Origin: Pristiophorus japonicus | Taxonomy: Eukaryota | DNA: 64,000 bases | NCBI RefSeq assembly: GCF_044704955.1 | Contig: NC_091995.1 | Coordinates: 47,430,001-47,494,000, forward strand | Direction: 5' to 3' | The notes under the pieces: generated by a model | Seen by the model: the letters and a program-made list of their open reading frames with translations, nothing else | The model's database searches: none | Told to the model about the DNA's origin: nothing | Part shown: positions 35,354-47,930 of the stretch, piece after piece | Numbering within the stretch: position 1 is the first letter of the stretch | Layout of the letters: each line of letters begins with the position of its first letter | Translations under genes and position numbers: made by a program

Positions 35354-37218
35354 GTAAGGACATGAGCAGCAACACTGAACAATCCATCAATAATCACAAA
35401 CATCCCATACAGGGAGAGAGCAGAAAGGGATCAATGAAATGAATGACTGAATCAAATTGCCCATTGCCTCCTTGCTTTTCTACTCTACTCTACAAGTGAA
35501 CAGGATATTCTGTTTCCCAGTGATTTGTATGTGTTATTATTTGGTCTGCTGTGCTGTTGCTTATGGACACGACCAGGGACATTAAAATCTGTCACTCCCT
35601 ATAACTGTCATTTCTTGTCCATCACTTTTCTCTGTCTTGCTCTTTCTGTCAGTTTATTTACACGTAAAACCACACTTTTGTTAACTATGTTCTTCAGGCT
35701 GCCTGTGAGTGTTTCTCATTCTTTCTGTCGCTTTTCGTAACTTTATTTTATCTTCTGACTCTTCCATAATCTTTACCCACCCCTCCTTGTATGCGCCCCG
35801 CACACTTGCTTTCTCTATATATATCTTTGTCATTGATTCTTACTGTCTATCTCCTCTTTATACACCTCCCCACCACCCCCGCCCCCCCCCAACCACACAC
35901 ACACACATGATCTCAGAGTTCGATAGGAAACGATTCTATATCCACAGTCTATCTGGGTTAGAGAATGGATTAATCTGCATTCACCATCCACGCTCAGACA
36001 GCAAACTCTTCATTTGCCCGAGTTGTTGTTGCTTCATCGTTTGTTTCTGCTTTCTCATTGTTGATCCCTTGCACTGTGTTTCTGGAGCTGCTCGATTTCT
36101 GAGTTGAACGTTTGCTCTGTGCTAAACTATTTCACTCTCAGCGTCAGTGTTTTTTTGATTATGTTGTCTCTTTGCTCTGGTGGGGAATAAAGGGACGGGT
36201 CACCTTGAGGAGGAGTGTGGAAGCGTTGAGGAAAGGGTATTGAAATGTAGTGCACTGAGGAAACGATGATAAGATTATGCGGCCAGACGGCAAAGGTGAG
36301 GCTGAATTGGCTCCTGAGGCGGGAATGGGTCTGATGTTCACAGGGAGCTGCAGGCAAGGAAGTTGGCGGATGAGGACTTTGCCCAGAGAGCAAAAATCTG
36401 CAGCAAGAGTGAAGGTTGGGGCAACACAAAGTACAGATGGGTGGAAACCCCCACAAAATAAACCGAGAAATTAAAACAGCAGCCGTGATGCTATCGATTT
36501 AAAAAAAGTCAGCATTTTACTATTTGAATTAAAAGTGAAACGTTCTGAAGATAGTTTGGTTAATTACAATTATCATGAGCTGCAACTTTGCACCTTGAGC
36601 CCCCTCCCATCACACGGACCTGTGGGAACAGTAGGAAGCTCGATCCCCCAGCCCTGGGAGCTGGTATAGTGGGTATCATTGATGCAACTGCCACTACTTG
36701 CCCCTCATGGTTGCTCCTATCACCAGACCCGCAGACACAGGCCTCTGCCACTTGTTTACCTGGCTCCTCTCACCCAGCGATCCAGGGGCGGTTGTGGGGG
36801 ATGGGACAGCTCGCTTTCCTCCTGCCTCGCTGGGCACAACGACCACAACCCCTTTCCATTGGTCTCCCAGCAGCACATTCATATCTCTGGCCCAGCCCCG
36901 ATCAATCAGGAAACCGCGCTTCACTCTTCACAGCCTTTGGTTCTCCACGCCTCCCCCCACCCCCCAGTCACATTTACAGCATTCTCTCCTCGTGGACCAG
37001 AACCTGTGGTTACTCACAAAAAGTGAACTTTGTGGCTTTAAAGAAACCTGGCCCCACCTTAGTGAAATAATACATTGTGCACTGTGTGGTGTGGGAACTC
37101 GTACATATAAAACAGCGCATCATCGTTGCATGAGCAGGACCACAGGTTCCCATTGATTATATGTAAAACTGTCAATCCACACATATATAATTATACAATC
37201 CTTGCTCATATGTTTCAG

Positions 37219-37327
37219 AAGGCAAAGTAGAAAAAGACAAGGATGTGGTGCTGATTGCCGTGGGTGTACTGCTATCATTGGCTATCGTTATAATTGTAAT
37301 CTATATGTGGAGGAAAAAAACGGAGAG
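37219..37327 (+). CDS. MHC-I-like exon 5 (connecting peptide and TM)
   Basis: Acceptor tatgtttcag; EGKVEKDKDVVLIAVGVLLSLAIVIIVIYMWRKK; donor gtaagg. Confidence 0.85.
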
Positions 37328-37454
37328 GTAAGGTCAGGGAATAATGTTGCAGTCTTGTTTGTAAAAGTATTGCACAGTGGCTTTGCAGAAAATCTTGTAG
37401 CCTGCCTCAGGATTATATTACAATGTCAAATATCTGTTATAAAGTAAACAAGAA

Positions 37455-37750
37455 TAAAACATTTGTTTAGCGCCTTTCTAAATCTCAGTACGACCCAAAG
37501 CGAAGTACACTCAATGAAGCACCAAGTGTATTCATTGTTGTAATGTAAGAAACGCGGCAGTCGACGTGCGCACAGCAAGCTCCCACAAACAGCAACGTGG
37601 TAATGAGCAGAGAATCTGTTTTACTAATGTTGATTGAGGGGGCATCAGGGAAAACTAACCTTGCGCTTCTATAAATAGTGCTATTGGATCATTTACATCC
37701 ACCTGACAGGACTGATGGTTTAACGTCTTATCTGAAAGACCGCACCTCTG
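37455..37750 (-). mobile_element. Deu-domain SINE (SacSINE1/AmnSINE-like) fragment
   Basis: Recognisable segments gcacagcaagctcccacaaacagcaa, atttacatccacctga and ggtttaacgtcttatctgaaaga. Confidence 0.65.
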
Positions 37751-38531
37751 TCAAATTAACGTGCATGTTGTATTCTGTAATACGGGCTTGTTCTGTCCAC
37801 CTTTTTCTCCTGACAACTATTGGTTCCCAGGCATGGGCAGCCCTTGTGTACCTGGTCTGAGGAGTCACACTTCATGTGTTGCCCTAGACACGGAGGTCCT
37901 GTGTTCATAGAGCCGCCCTTTCCTGCTGGGGTCATTGGATGGCCATCAGGAGCAGAACGCCAGCCATTTCTCTCCTTCCAAGCCCAGGAATCCTGGAGCC
38001 AATGTGAACTCTGCGACAGCAGTGACCAGTGCACTGAGCAGGAGCCTGGCTGACAGGGCCTAGTACCAGTTAGGACGGTGCATTTTGATGCCGAGATTTG
38101 GCATCGAGATCCTTTTCTCTGTAATACTTCCAATAAACTGGATGTCCTTGTTGGACTGTGAGCATCTAGCCAGTAGAAGGAGACCAGTTATAGTTAGGTA
38201 TTTGTGAACTACGGGTCCTTCCAATGAATCAGTTTTAAACAGAGGCTGTGAGTTCCTGATTTCAGCCTCCCATCAGGAATGGCGACCAGCATGTGTTTCC
38301 CACTGGAACTAAGGGGGGAATGGGAACTGAAGCGTCCGACTTCTTGCAGTATAACTGACCACAGCGCAGCATTTACAGAGGATTGGAGAACGGACACCTT
38401 AAGGGAGCTAACGGAGAGCGCCCTGTAAGGGGAAGAACCATGAAAAGAGTGTGAACAAGTCACTTCATTCTCTGTACTGTGCTCTGCTCCATCATCTCGG
38501 GATTGTGTAACATTTGTATTTCACTCCCTAG

Positions 38532-38610
38532 ATTACAATGTTGTTTAACCAGAACAGAGAGGGTCAAACGCCAGACTTGGCTTGGATCCAGGAACAAGCT
38601 GAAAGAGTAA
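38532..38610 (+). CDS. Candidate MHC-I-like terminal (cytoplasmic) exon
   Basis: Acceptor tttcactccctag; phase-1 reading DYNVV*; AATAAA signals near 38790 and 38815. Confidence 0.5.
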
Positions 38611-39214
38611 TCGTGAATCAATTGATTTATTATTGAAACAACACGATTTGTATAAACATTTCCTCCATGCTTTATGCTTCAGTTACTGTATTAAAATATT
38701 TTAACTTGCTTAACATTGAAGCAACATTGTCAAATCTCATCTACAATTGCACAAATTGGCGCTTTAGGTATTACAGAACCGCCCCACAGAATAAAGGCAC
38801 ACCAGGGATTTTAAAATAAATCTTGTTAATATTGATACATTATCACAAACGTCATTTCATTTTCCTTCTACTCTTATCTCCCGAAGGCTTGACTCTGACA
38901 TTGGCCTCAGGGAAACAGTCTCCTCTTGTGAACAGAAACAGTTACTATGAGAACACGATTCATTGTCTGGAAACACAGCTGAGCCCACTCCTGATCACAC
39001 ACTCACATTTCACCTGCAGTATCGCCAATACAGCGGTCCAGAGCAAATCCAGTGTAACTGAAGGGAGCGAGGCCAGTGTAATCCATCTGTTGCTAACCCG
39101 GGATTAAAATGCGAATGAGAATAAGATGGATTTATCACTGCTGGCCAATCTACAAAGAGCCTTCCAGGCTCCAGCGGCAAGATGAAAATCTTCTGCAGAG
39201 AGTCAAGTTGAAAT

Positions 39215-40850
39215 ATTCCGACAGGGGCTATTGGGGGGGGGGGGGGGAGGAGGAACTTAACACAATCATAATCACTAAAGAGGTGGTGCTCAGTAAAATG
39301 ACGGGACTAAAGGCAGATAAATCCCCTGGAACTGATGGCTTGCATCCTAGGGTCTTCAGAGAAGTAGCGGCAGTGGTGGATGTATTGGTTGTAATTTACC
39401 AAAATTGCCTGGATTCTGGGGAGGGCCCGGCAGATTGGAAAACTGCAAATGTAACGCCCCTATTGAAAAAAGGAGGTAGACAAAAAGTAGGAAACTATAG
39501 ACCAGTTAGCCTAACATCTGTAGTTGGGAAAATGTTGGAGTCCATTATTAAAGAAGCAGTAGCAAGACGTTTGGATAAGAAAAATTCGGTCAGGCAGAGT
39601 CAGCATGGACTTATAAAGGGGAAGTCATGTTTGACAAATTTGCTGGAGTTCGTTGAGGACGTAACGAACATGGTGGATAAGGGGGAACCAGTGGATGTGG
39701 TGTATTTTGACTTCCAGAAGGCATTTGACAAGGTGCCACATAAAAGGTTACTGTACAAGATAAAAGTTCACGGGGTTTGGGGTAATATTTTAGCATGGAT
39801 AGAGGATTGGCTAACTAACCGAGAACAGAGATTCAGGATAAATGATTCATTCTCTGGTTGGCAACCAGTAACTAGTGGGGTGCCACAGGGATCAGTGCTG
39901 GGTTCCCAATAATTACAATCTATATTAATGTCTTGGAAGAAGGGACCGAGTGTAATGTAGCCAAGTTTGCTGATGATACAAAGATGGGAGGACACAAGGG
40001 GAAATCTGCAAAAGGACCGAAACAGCCTAAGTGAGTGGGCAAAAATGTGACAGATGTAAAATGTGAGGTCATGCACTTTGGCAGAACAAAATCGAAGAGC
40101 ATGTTATTGTTTAAATGGAGAAGGATTGCATAGTGCCACAGTATAGCGGGACCTGGGGTTACTTGTGCATGAAACACAAAATAATAGTATGCAGGTACAG
40201 CAAGTGATCAGGAAGCCAAATGGTATCTTGGCCTTTATTGCAAAGCAGATGGAGTATAAAAGCAGGGAAGTCTTGCTACAGCTATATAAGGTATTGGTGA
40301 GGCCACACCTGGAATACTGCGTGCAGTTTTGGTTTCCAAATTTACAGAAGGATATACTTGCTTTGGAGGCAGTTCAGAGGAGGTTCAATAGGTTAATTCT
40401 GGGGATGAGGGCATTGATTTATGAGGACAGTTGAATAGATTGGGCCTTTACTCATTGGAATTTCGAAGAATGAGAGGTGATCTTATTAAAACATACGATT
40501 ATGAGGGGGCTTGAGAAGATGGATGCAGAGAAGATGTTTCCACTGGTGGACCAGACTAGAACTAGAGGGCATGATCTTAGAATAAGGGGCTGCCCATTTA
40601 AAACAGAGATGAGGAGAAATTTCTTCTTTCAGAGAATTGTAAATCTGTAGAATTCGCTGCCACAGAGAGCTGTGGAAGCTGGGACATTGAATAAATTTAA
40701 GTCAGAAATAGACAGTTTCTTAAATGATAAGGGGTTATGGGGAAATGGAGCTGAGTCCATGATCAGATCAGCCGCGATCTTATTGAATGGTGGAGCAGGC
40801 TCAAGGGGCCGGATGGCATATTCCTGTTCCTATTTCTTCTGTTCTTATGA
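39215..40850 (+). mobile_element. CR1 LINE RT fragment with tail
   Basis: [44 protein letters not shown]; tail ttctgttcttatg. Confidence 0.9.
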
Positions 40851-41204
40851 AATTTGAAATGTCACACAACTACAAATAGATTCAGGGAATATTTGAGAGA
40901 GAGCGGCGTGGGCATAAAACTGGCTTTATTGTTTCGGCTGACGTTTATAACCACCACACGATTGTCCTTTCATTGAACTAGATCCCGCCAGAGGTGAAAG
41001 TTCCAGCAGCCCAGGGGGAAATTCACCTTCAGGTGCGGTACAACACAGGCTGTGGCAGGTCGGCCGCTCATTACACACCTGCCAGACTTTCCTCTCCATA
41101 AAACTCTACCGAAAATAGCCTCCATCTTATTGATCGAACAACAGGCGGTGCATCAACTGCTGCCCGTGTTACATAATTAAGATGGAAGCGAGTCTCAATA
41201 CTTT

Positions 41205-41392
41205 TAATAAAAACAGAAAATGCTGGAAATTATCAGTGGGTTAGGCAGCTGATATGGAGCGAGAAACAATATTTACATTTCAGGTCGATGACGAAAGGGT
41301 TCTCTCTCCAAAGATGCCGCCTGACCCGTTGCATATTTTCAGTATTTTCTGGGGTTTTTTCCAGACTTCCTGCATCCGCAGTGTTTTGCTAT
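41205..41392. mobile_element. Second, more decayed Penelope-derived palindrome
   Basis: Arms aaaacagaaaatgctggaa...ggcagc and gatgccgcctgaccc...cagtattttctg, similar to 18380-18560. Confidence 0.65.
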
Positions 41393-41439
41393 TTTGTGAA
41401 TTATCTGTAGTCAGTTCTGGTTAGACTCAGACCCTTCAA

Positions 41440-42322
41440 TTATTTCCCTACATTAATAATAAAAGCCAAGGGATATTAAATCAAATTCTTCAACTCCTCT
41501 CTGAATTTAGTCTTGGACACTGCATAAATAATGGTATTTGCGCAAGAACTCAAATCATGCAACATATATCCAGTTCGTTCCATGATGGTGGAAGGATTAC
41601 TTTAGTCTGTACGCAAATGTTGAACATCCATAATTTGCACACATACATAATGAATAAAAGTTACCATACATAACAATATAAAACTACCAGATATGACCAG
41701 CAGGAAAACGATAGATTTTCAGCGGTTTTCCATTTCTGGGTCACTGTCACTGCTCTGGAGATCCTCCTCAGTCTACTTGTCAGCAGAATGTGCTTGATGA
41801 TCAGACCCTTGAATATCGGAATCAAAAGAAACGGAATCAAAGGCATTAAAGCTGCATGAAGCCATAAGGATGTGACCCATATAGGTACAGTGTAGAGGCT
41901 GGATTTCACATCGCAGAACCATGGTATATTGTTATTGATTACTTGAGGTTCTACAGTAAAATAAATGGGGTTCTAAAGTAAATTAGATGCTCAGCCCCAT
42001 ATCATTGCTACAACCACTGCCGCATTTTTTTTGTGCAATACTGGATCTTATTGTGTGGCGATAAATGGTGACAAATCGACCAAAGGTGAAATCGACACTT
42101 AACCAAACAGAACATTCATCAGAAGCAAAAATCAGGAACACATTCAGACTGCAATCCGGAGAGTAGTCCAGGAATGAATCCAGGAAATAAATTTAATTCA
42201 TCTGATACAGCATCACGTCAAAGATCAGGACCAGTAGATTGGCCACCAGTTAAATAGTGATGCATTTGGAGAGACCGTATGTACTTCCCCCAGGAGATAA
42301 TCATAATTGTCACGAAGTTGGT
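41440..42322 (-). pseudogene. GPR139/GPR142-like class A GPCR pseudogene (main coding exon)
   Basis: Manual minus-strand translation across frameshifts: NFVTIMI, LSKCIT, ANLLVLIFDVMLY, CSVWLSVDFTFGRFVTI, YCTKKNAAVVV, IPWFCDVK, PLIPFLLI, DPEMENR*KSIVFLLVISGSFILL, LSSCANTIIYAVSKTKFREELKN. Confidence 0.85.
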
Positions 42323-42549
42323 TTCAAGTGCGAGAGTGAAGAAATAATGATTATGGTCATCAAAAGTAATTCAAACAAAAAAACAGGCAATAATTTATGC
42401 TCATTTTTCCATCACTTAAATTATTCACTGAATGTGCCACGCAAAAGTGGAAATCCTGAGGACACATTACTATTTATCGATTCGCGTCACTTCATTTATT
42501 GCTTGAATTACATCAAAGGAAATTAATAACTTGTGAAATTGGGTAACTT

Positions 42550-45500
42550 CGAAGGGGAAAATCCGTCCCATTATTGCCTCCCATTAGCGACAGCAGGTGG
42601 CGCTAATGGGGCACTAAGGCAGTATCGCCGGGGCGAGGTGAATCCAATGACACAGGCCAAATCCTCACCACCCATCCACGATGGCAGTAGTCCGAGCTCA
42701 CGTGGCATCAAGCTGAAATTGAATGAGAGCAGCCTGAGATCTGATGTTACCAAGCACAGACTGCACTACCGCATTCAGACATTGTGTCGCTTCCGTCTGT
42801 GCTGCATTGGAAACATAAAAACACAGAAAATAGGTGCAGGAGTAGTCCATTCGGCCCTTCGAGCCTGCACCAACAATCAATATGATCACGACTGGTCATG
42901 CAACTTCAGTACCCAATTCCTGATTTCTCTCCATACCCCTTGATCCCTTTAGCCGTAAGGGCCACATCTAACTCTCTTTTGAATATATCTAACGAACTGG
43001 CCTCAACAACTTTCTGTGGTAGAGAATTCCACAGGTTCAAAATTCTCTGAGAGAAGAAGTTTCTCTTCATCTCGGTCCTAAATGGCTTACCCCTTAACCT
43101 TAGACTGTGACTCTTGGTTCTGGATTTCCCCAACATCGGGAACATTCTTCCTGCATCTAACCTGCCCAATTCCGTCAGAGTTTTAACTGTTTCTATAAGA
43201 TCCCCTCTCATTCTTCTAAATTCCAGTGAATATAAGCCCAGTCGATCCAGTATTTCTTCATATGTCAATCTTGCCATCCTGGTAATCAGTCTGGTGAAAT
43301 TTTGCTGCAATCCCTCAATAGCAAGAATGTCCTTCCTCAGATTAGGAGACCAAAGTGTACACAATATTCAAGGTATGGCCCCACCAAAGCCCTGTACAAC
43401 TGCAGTAAGACCTCGCTGCTCCCATATGCAAATCTCTCACTATGAAGGCCAACATGCCATTTACATTCTTCATCGCCTCCTGTACCTGCATGCCAACTTT
43501 CAATGACTGATGTACCATGACACCCAGCTCTTGTTGCACCTCCTCTTTTCCTAATCTGTCACCATTCAGATAATATTCTGCCTTCCTGTATTTGCCACCA
43601 AAGAGGATAACCTCACATTTATCTACAGTATACTGCATCTGCCATGCATTTGCCCACTCACCTAACCTGTCCAAGTCACCCTGCAGTGTCTTAGCATCCT
43701 CCTCACAGCTCACATTGCCACCCAGCTTAGTGTCATCTGCAAACTTGGAGATATTACATTCAATTCCTTCGTCTAAATCATTAATGTATATTGTAAATAG
43801 CTGGGTTCCCAGCACTGAAGCTTGCGGTACCCCACTAGTCACTGCCTGCGAATCTGAAAATTACCCGTTTATTCCTACCTTTTGCTTCCTGTCTGCCAAC
43901 CAGTTCTCTATCCACGTCAATACCATATGCTTTAATCTTGCACTCTAATCTGTTGTGTGGGACCTTGTCAAAAGCCTTTTGAAAGTCCAGGATCACCACA
44001 TCCACTGGTTCTCCCTTGTCCACTCTACTAGTTACATCCTCCCATGTCAGCTGCCACATCACCCATCCCATGGAGCATCAGGTCTTGGTTGCCATTGTCC
44101 CTTTGGCATTCTACAATTCTTTTCAGACTTTACATGATGGGCTCCATGGTATGCACAGAGCCTTGTGCAAGTTGGAGGTGGACCCCCCATGCTCATTATC
44201 AATGATGAGAACCTGTCGTGCACCCTTGCCATTGCACCTATTATCTCCGTGTGCATGCCCATCAACCATCTTCTAAAAGCCTCCCCATCGAGGTCCTCAT
44301 CTGACTCCTGTGCAGCAGAGTTCATGCGTGAACTCACCTTCCAGAATGCTGGCCCCTGAGCTACCCATCCTTCCTGCCCTTGTTGCAGCCCATTCTACCT
44401 CGGTGTCTCATCCTGTGCAGGCACCGCTACTATACTATCATCTAAAGAATGCGAAGTGACAGTGTCTGAGCTCGTGCCTGCGGATGACACATGCAGTGAC
44501 CTGGTGTGTTCTTCCTCCTCCTCCTCTTCTCCTGCCTCACTCTCCACAGTCCCCTCAGCAACAGGCTGCTCAGTGTTTGTTCAGTAGCTGAAAAGGCATC
44601 AATAATGGTTCAAGGTGAAGGGACGGGGCCATGAAGGGAGAAGGGCTTACATAATTAGCTGTTAGTTGTGAACCGTTTGGGGGAACTGCGATATGAGAAG
44701 GAGAAGGGACAAACAGACCGTTGTTAACCCCAGATGGGTCAAATTCACCGGTGGCTTGGCGTCCACCATCTATCGCCCAATAATTTGTGGCACTCCATTT
44801 TACAGTGCAGACAGTGGTTGGCTGTCGGCTTGTTCTCCGCCTGTGCACTCCTCCTCCCTCCTGTTGTGGGGAAAATTATCCTGCAAAAGGAAGGAAGGTT
44901 TGTAAGTCAGTGTGGAGCAATGCGTTTGGGTGATATGCCTCCCATTGTTTAATAGCTGTCATTGTGTGCAAGGTGTGAGCTGTGGGTGTGAGTGTTGGTA
45001 GTCAGAGATTGTTGGTGGGTGAGTGCTGAGGATGTGGTGCTTTGGAGACTGTGTCAAGATTGTAGTTCAGATGGTGGTATACAGCATTTGTTGAGGCATT
45101 CACTCACCCTGACCACCTGAGCGAGGTCCTTAAATTTCTTCCTGTGCTGTGTGTGGATCCTGGGGACCAGAGTGCTGCACCTCTGCCGTTCACATGATAC
45201 GGAAGACTTGTGGTGAGGGCCTCCTGCCACTTGCCGGAGAGAGCACTGCCCTCCGTCTCTCCACATCGAACACCAACGCTTGATCGCAGACTCTTCTGGC
45301 TCGCTCCCTGGGGCGTGGATCTGCCATGCGTACAACTGCTTCCATTCTCCGGCTCGTTCTCCTTATCCTGCTGCTGCTTGCTGATGGAACTGCACAGCCA
45401 GCAAAGCTGAGAATGAGTTTCTGCAGCATCAATGAACCTCCCCTTTAAGTACTGAAAAAAGTCGGCAGCAAGCATTGCTTGCGATTAGAGAGCACCTGAT

Positions 45501-45685
45501 ATTGGTCCATCCTTCGAGTCTAACTGCAATTAGCTTGGGCTTAAAGACTTTAATTAGGACCCCAATCATGTCTTTGTGCAGTGAGCAGGAATTCTGCGTG
45601 CAGTCTAAAGCATTAGCGCCTGGTGCTAAATCGCCAAATCGTTTCATGATACCGGCAATTCCTGAGATATAATGAATTTCTAGCT
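42550..45685 (-). mobile_element. PIF/Harbinger transposon remnant (Myb/SANT-like gene), split by a CR1
   Basis: 45108-45330 encodes RERARRVCDQALVFDVERRRAVLSP...RKKFKDL followed by a gtgagt donor; DEDLDGEAFRRWLMGMH near 44060-44330. Confidence 0.7.
42811..44040 (-). mobile_element. CR1 LINE 3' fragment
   Basis: LDFQKAFDKV, FADDTKL, EFRRMRGDLIE; tail near 42811. Confidence 0.92.
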
Positions 45686-45749
45686 GAAAAAATTGTTAAG
45701 GGGCATGACACGTTTAATGCTGAGAAAATGACTTCGCTGGTGATAAATC

Positions 45750-46045
45750 CAGAGTACGGGGTCATAGTCTCAGAATAAGGGGTCGGCCAGTTAATGCTGA
45801 GATGAGATACATTTCTTCACTCAAAAGGTTGTGAATCTTTGGATTGCTCTACCTCACAGAGCTCCTGATACCCTGTTGTTGAGTATATTAAAGATAGAGG
45901 TCGATAAAGTTTTGGGAACAAAGCGAATTAAGGGATTTGGGGATAGGGCGGGGATGCGGAGTTGAGGTAGATCAGCCATGATTTATTGAATGGCAGAGCA
46001 TGTTCTCAGGGCCAAATTAACTACTCCAGCTGATATTTCTTATGA
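45750..46045 (+). mobile_element. Short CR1 3' end
   Basis: ggggtcatagtctcagaataagggg...ttcttcactcaaaaggttgtgaatct...ttcttatg. Confidence 0.75.
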
Positions 46046-46882
46046 TCACATGTCCTTCTTTAATCCCGCTTCTCCCTCATCCCTCAATTTTTTCTCACTG
46101 AGAAGATACAGAGGGGTTAGGAATGCACTTGACAATATCTTCTCGCTTATCACCACAGCCAGACCCTTGTCCATTTTTCACTTTTTATACCCAAGAACTA
46201 GATCCTGACAGTCAGTGGAGAAAGAGGAAGAAGAAAGTTAAGATGAACAGACACAGTCACAGTCAGCAATTCAGATACTGGCTCTGCACAAATCGTAGAG
46301 GCTGATGTAGAGGAGGGGTCTGCACAAGGTGAGACATCAGAACCGAGTGCGCAGGACTCAGGACAGGTGGGAGGGGTGGTAATATTAGAGCAGGTGCCAA
46401 TTCACTGGAGGAGAAGCTCACACACTATTTCTGTTGCAGGGGACTGAGCTGAGGACTTCAATCGGACAGGGTGCAGAAAAGGCCTGATGGGTGTATACAC
46501 CCAAAGGCTTGGTGTACAGGAAAGCTTGTCAGAAAGCCTGCGCTCAATGTCAAGGAGCATGAAGGAGTCCAAAACCAACTTGGCACTGGGCTTTGCACAG
46601 AGCTCGGTCCCATTCTTTCGAACACAGCAGCAGGCAGAAGAACGGGTTGTCACCTCCATGAGCACACTTGTGGAACCCACCATGAAATGTGCATTGTCTG
46701 CTTTTTTTATTTTTGTGTTGTTGGAACGAGAACGATGTGATGGTCAGTGATAGAGGAAAGGTAAGGAACGTGGGACTAATGGTGAATGGGGGGTGTGGTT
46801 GAGGTGACTAGTATCGCTCATTAATTATTTCTTCACATAGATGCTGAGCAGAGAAGGGCTGCCTGCGTTGCAGCCTCCTTTC

Positions 46883-47092
46883 TGTTATATATATACTTGC
46901 ATTTACTCTGTACAGCCACCAGAGGGCTCATCCCCTGGAGTCCCAAGGGATCCCATAATCCCTTGAGAGCACAGGTATTTAAGAAGGCTTCACAGGTTTG
47001 AGAGACGCTCTGGAGACCTGCAATAAAAGACTAAGGTCACACTTTACTTTGAGCTCACAATGTTCAGTCTGTCTCTTTCTCCATACACAACA
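46883..47092 (+). mobile_element. 210-bp solo LTR
   Basis: TGTT...AACA ends, 5-bp TSD CTTTC (46878-46882 and 47093-47097), TATTTAA near 46976, AATAAA at 47022-47027. Confidence 0.85.
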
Positions 47093-47129
47093 CTTTCCTC
47101 TGTCTGTTCTTCCAGTTCCTGTTGCACTT

Positions 47130-47930
47130 TGTTCTCCTCCATTTCCCCCTCCTCCATTTCCCCCTCCTCCTCCACTTCCCCCTCATCCTCCACTTCCCCT
47201 CCTCCTCCACTTCCCCCTCAGTCTCCACTTCCCCCTCCTCCTCCACTTTCCCCTCCTCCTCCACTTTCTCCTCCTGCTCCCCAATTACCCCTCCTCCATT
47301 TTCTACTCCTCCCCACTTCCTCCTCCATTTTCTACTCCTCCCCACTTCCTCCTCAATTCATACTCCTCCACTTTCTCCCCTCCTCCCCCAATTCCTCCTC
47401 CTCCACTTTCTCCCCTCTTCCCCCAATTACCCCTCCTCCTCCCCCAATTACCCCTCCTCCACTTTCGCCCCTCCACCCCCAATTCCTCCTCCCCACTTCC
47501 TCCTCAATTCATACTCCTCCACTTTCTCCCCTCCTCCCCCAATTCCTCCTCCTCCAATTTCTCCCCTCTTCCCCCAATTACCCCTCCTCCTCCCCCAATT
47601 ACCCCTCCTCCACTTTCGCCCCTCCACCCCCAATTCCTCCTCCTCCACCCCCAATTCCTCCTCCTCCACTTTCTCCTCCTCCACTTCCTCCTTCTCCTTC
47701 CCCATTTCCTCCTGCTCCACTTTCTCCTCCTCCTCTCCCAATTACCCCTCCTCCACTTTCTACTCCTCCTCCTCTCCCAATTATCCATCCTCTGCTTTCT
47801 ACTCCTCCCTCAATTCCTCCTCCTCCACTTCCTCCTCCTCCACTTCCTTCTCCTCCTTCCCCAATTCCTCCTCCTCCACTTTCTCCTCCTCCTCCTGTCC
47901 AATTCTTCCCTCACTTCATTCTCCTCCTCA
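47130..47930 (+). repeat. (CCT)n-rich degenerate minisatellite
   Basis: Recurring cctcctccactttctc and cccaattacccctcc units. Confidence 0.9.

Larger units (their letters stand above)
28227..38610 (+). pseudogene. Non-classical MHC class I-like heavy chain gene, probable pseudogene (6 exons)
   Basis: Leader, alpha1, alpha2, alpha3, TM and cytoplasmic exons with GT-AG junctions; alpha3 frameshifted. Confidence 0.88.

Noticed and set aside
28227-38610. Classical MHC class I (UAA) assignment
   Set aside because: Several peptide-anchoring residues and the N86 glycan site are missing, so no gene symbol was given
36530-39200. GC-richer stretches with short ORFs in and after the last MHC introns
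   Set aside because: Probably decayed transposon sequence, but I could not recognise any diagnostic motif
39109-39912. 267-aa ORF with unique N-terminus
   Set aside because: Flanking sequence read into a truncated CR1 RT
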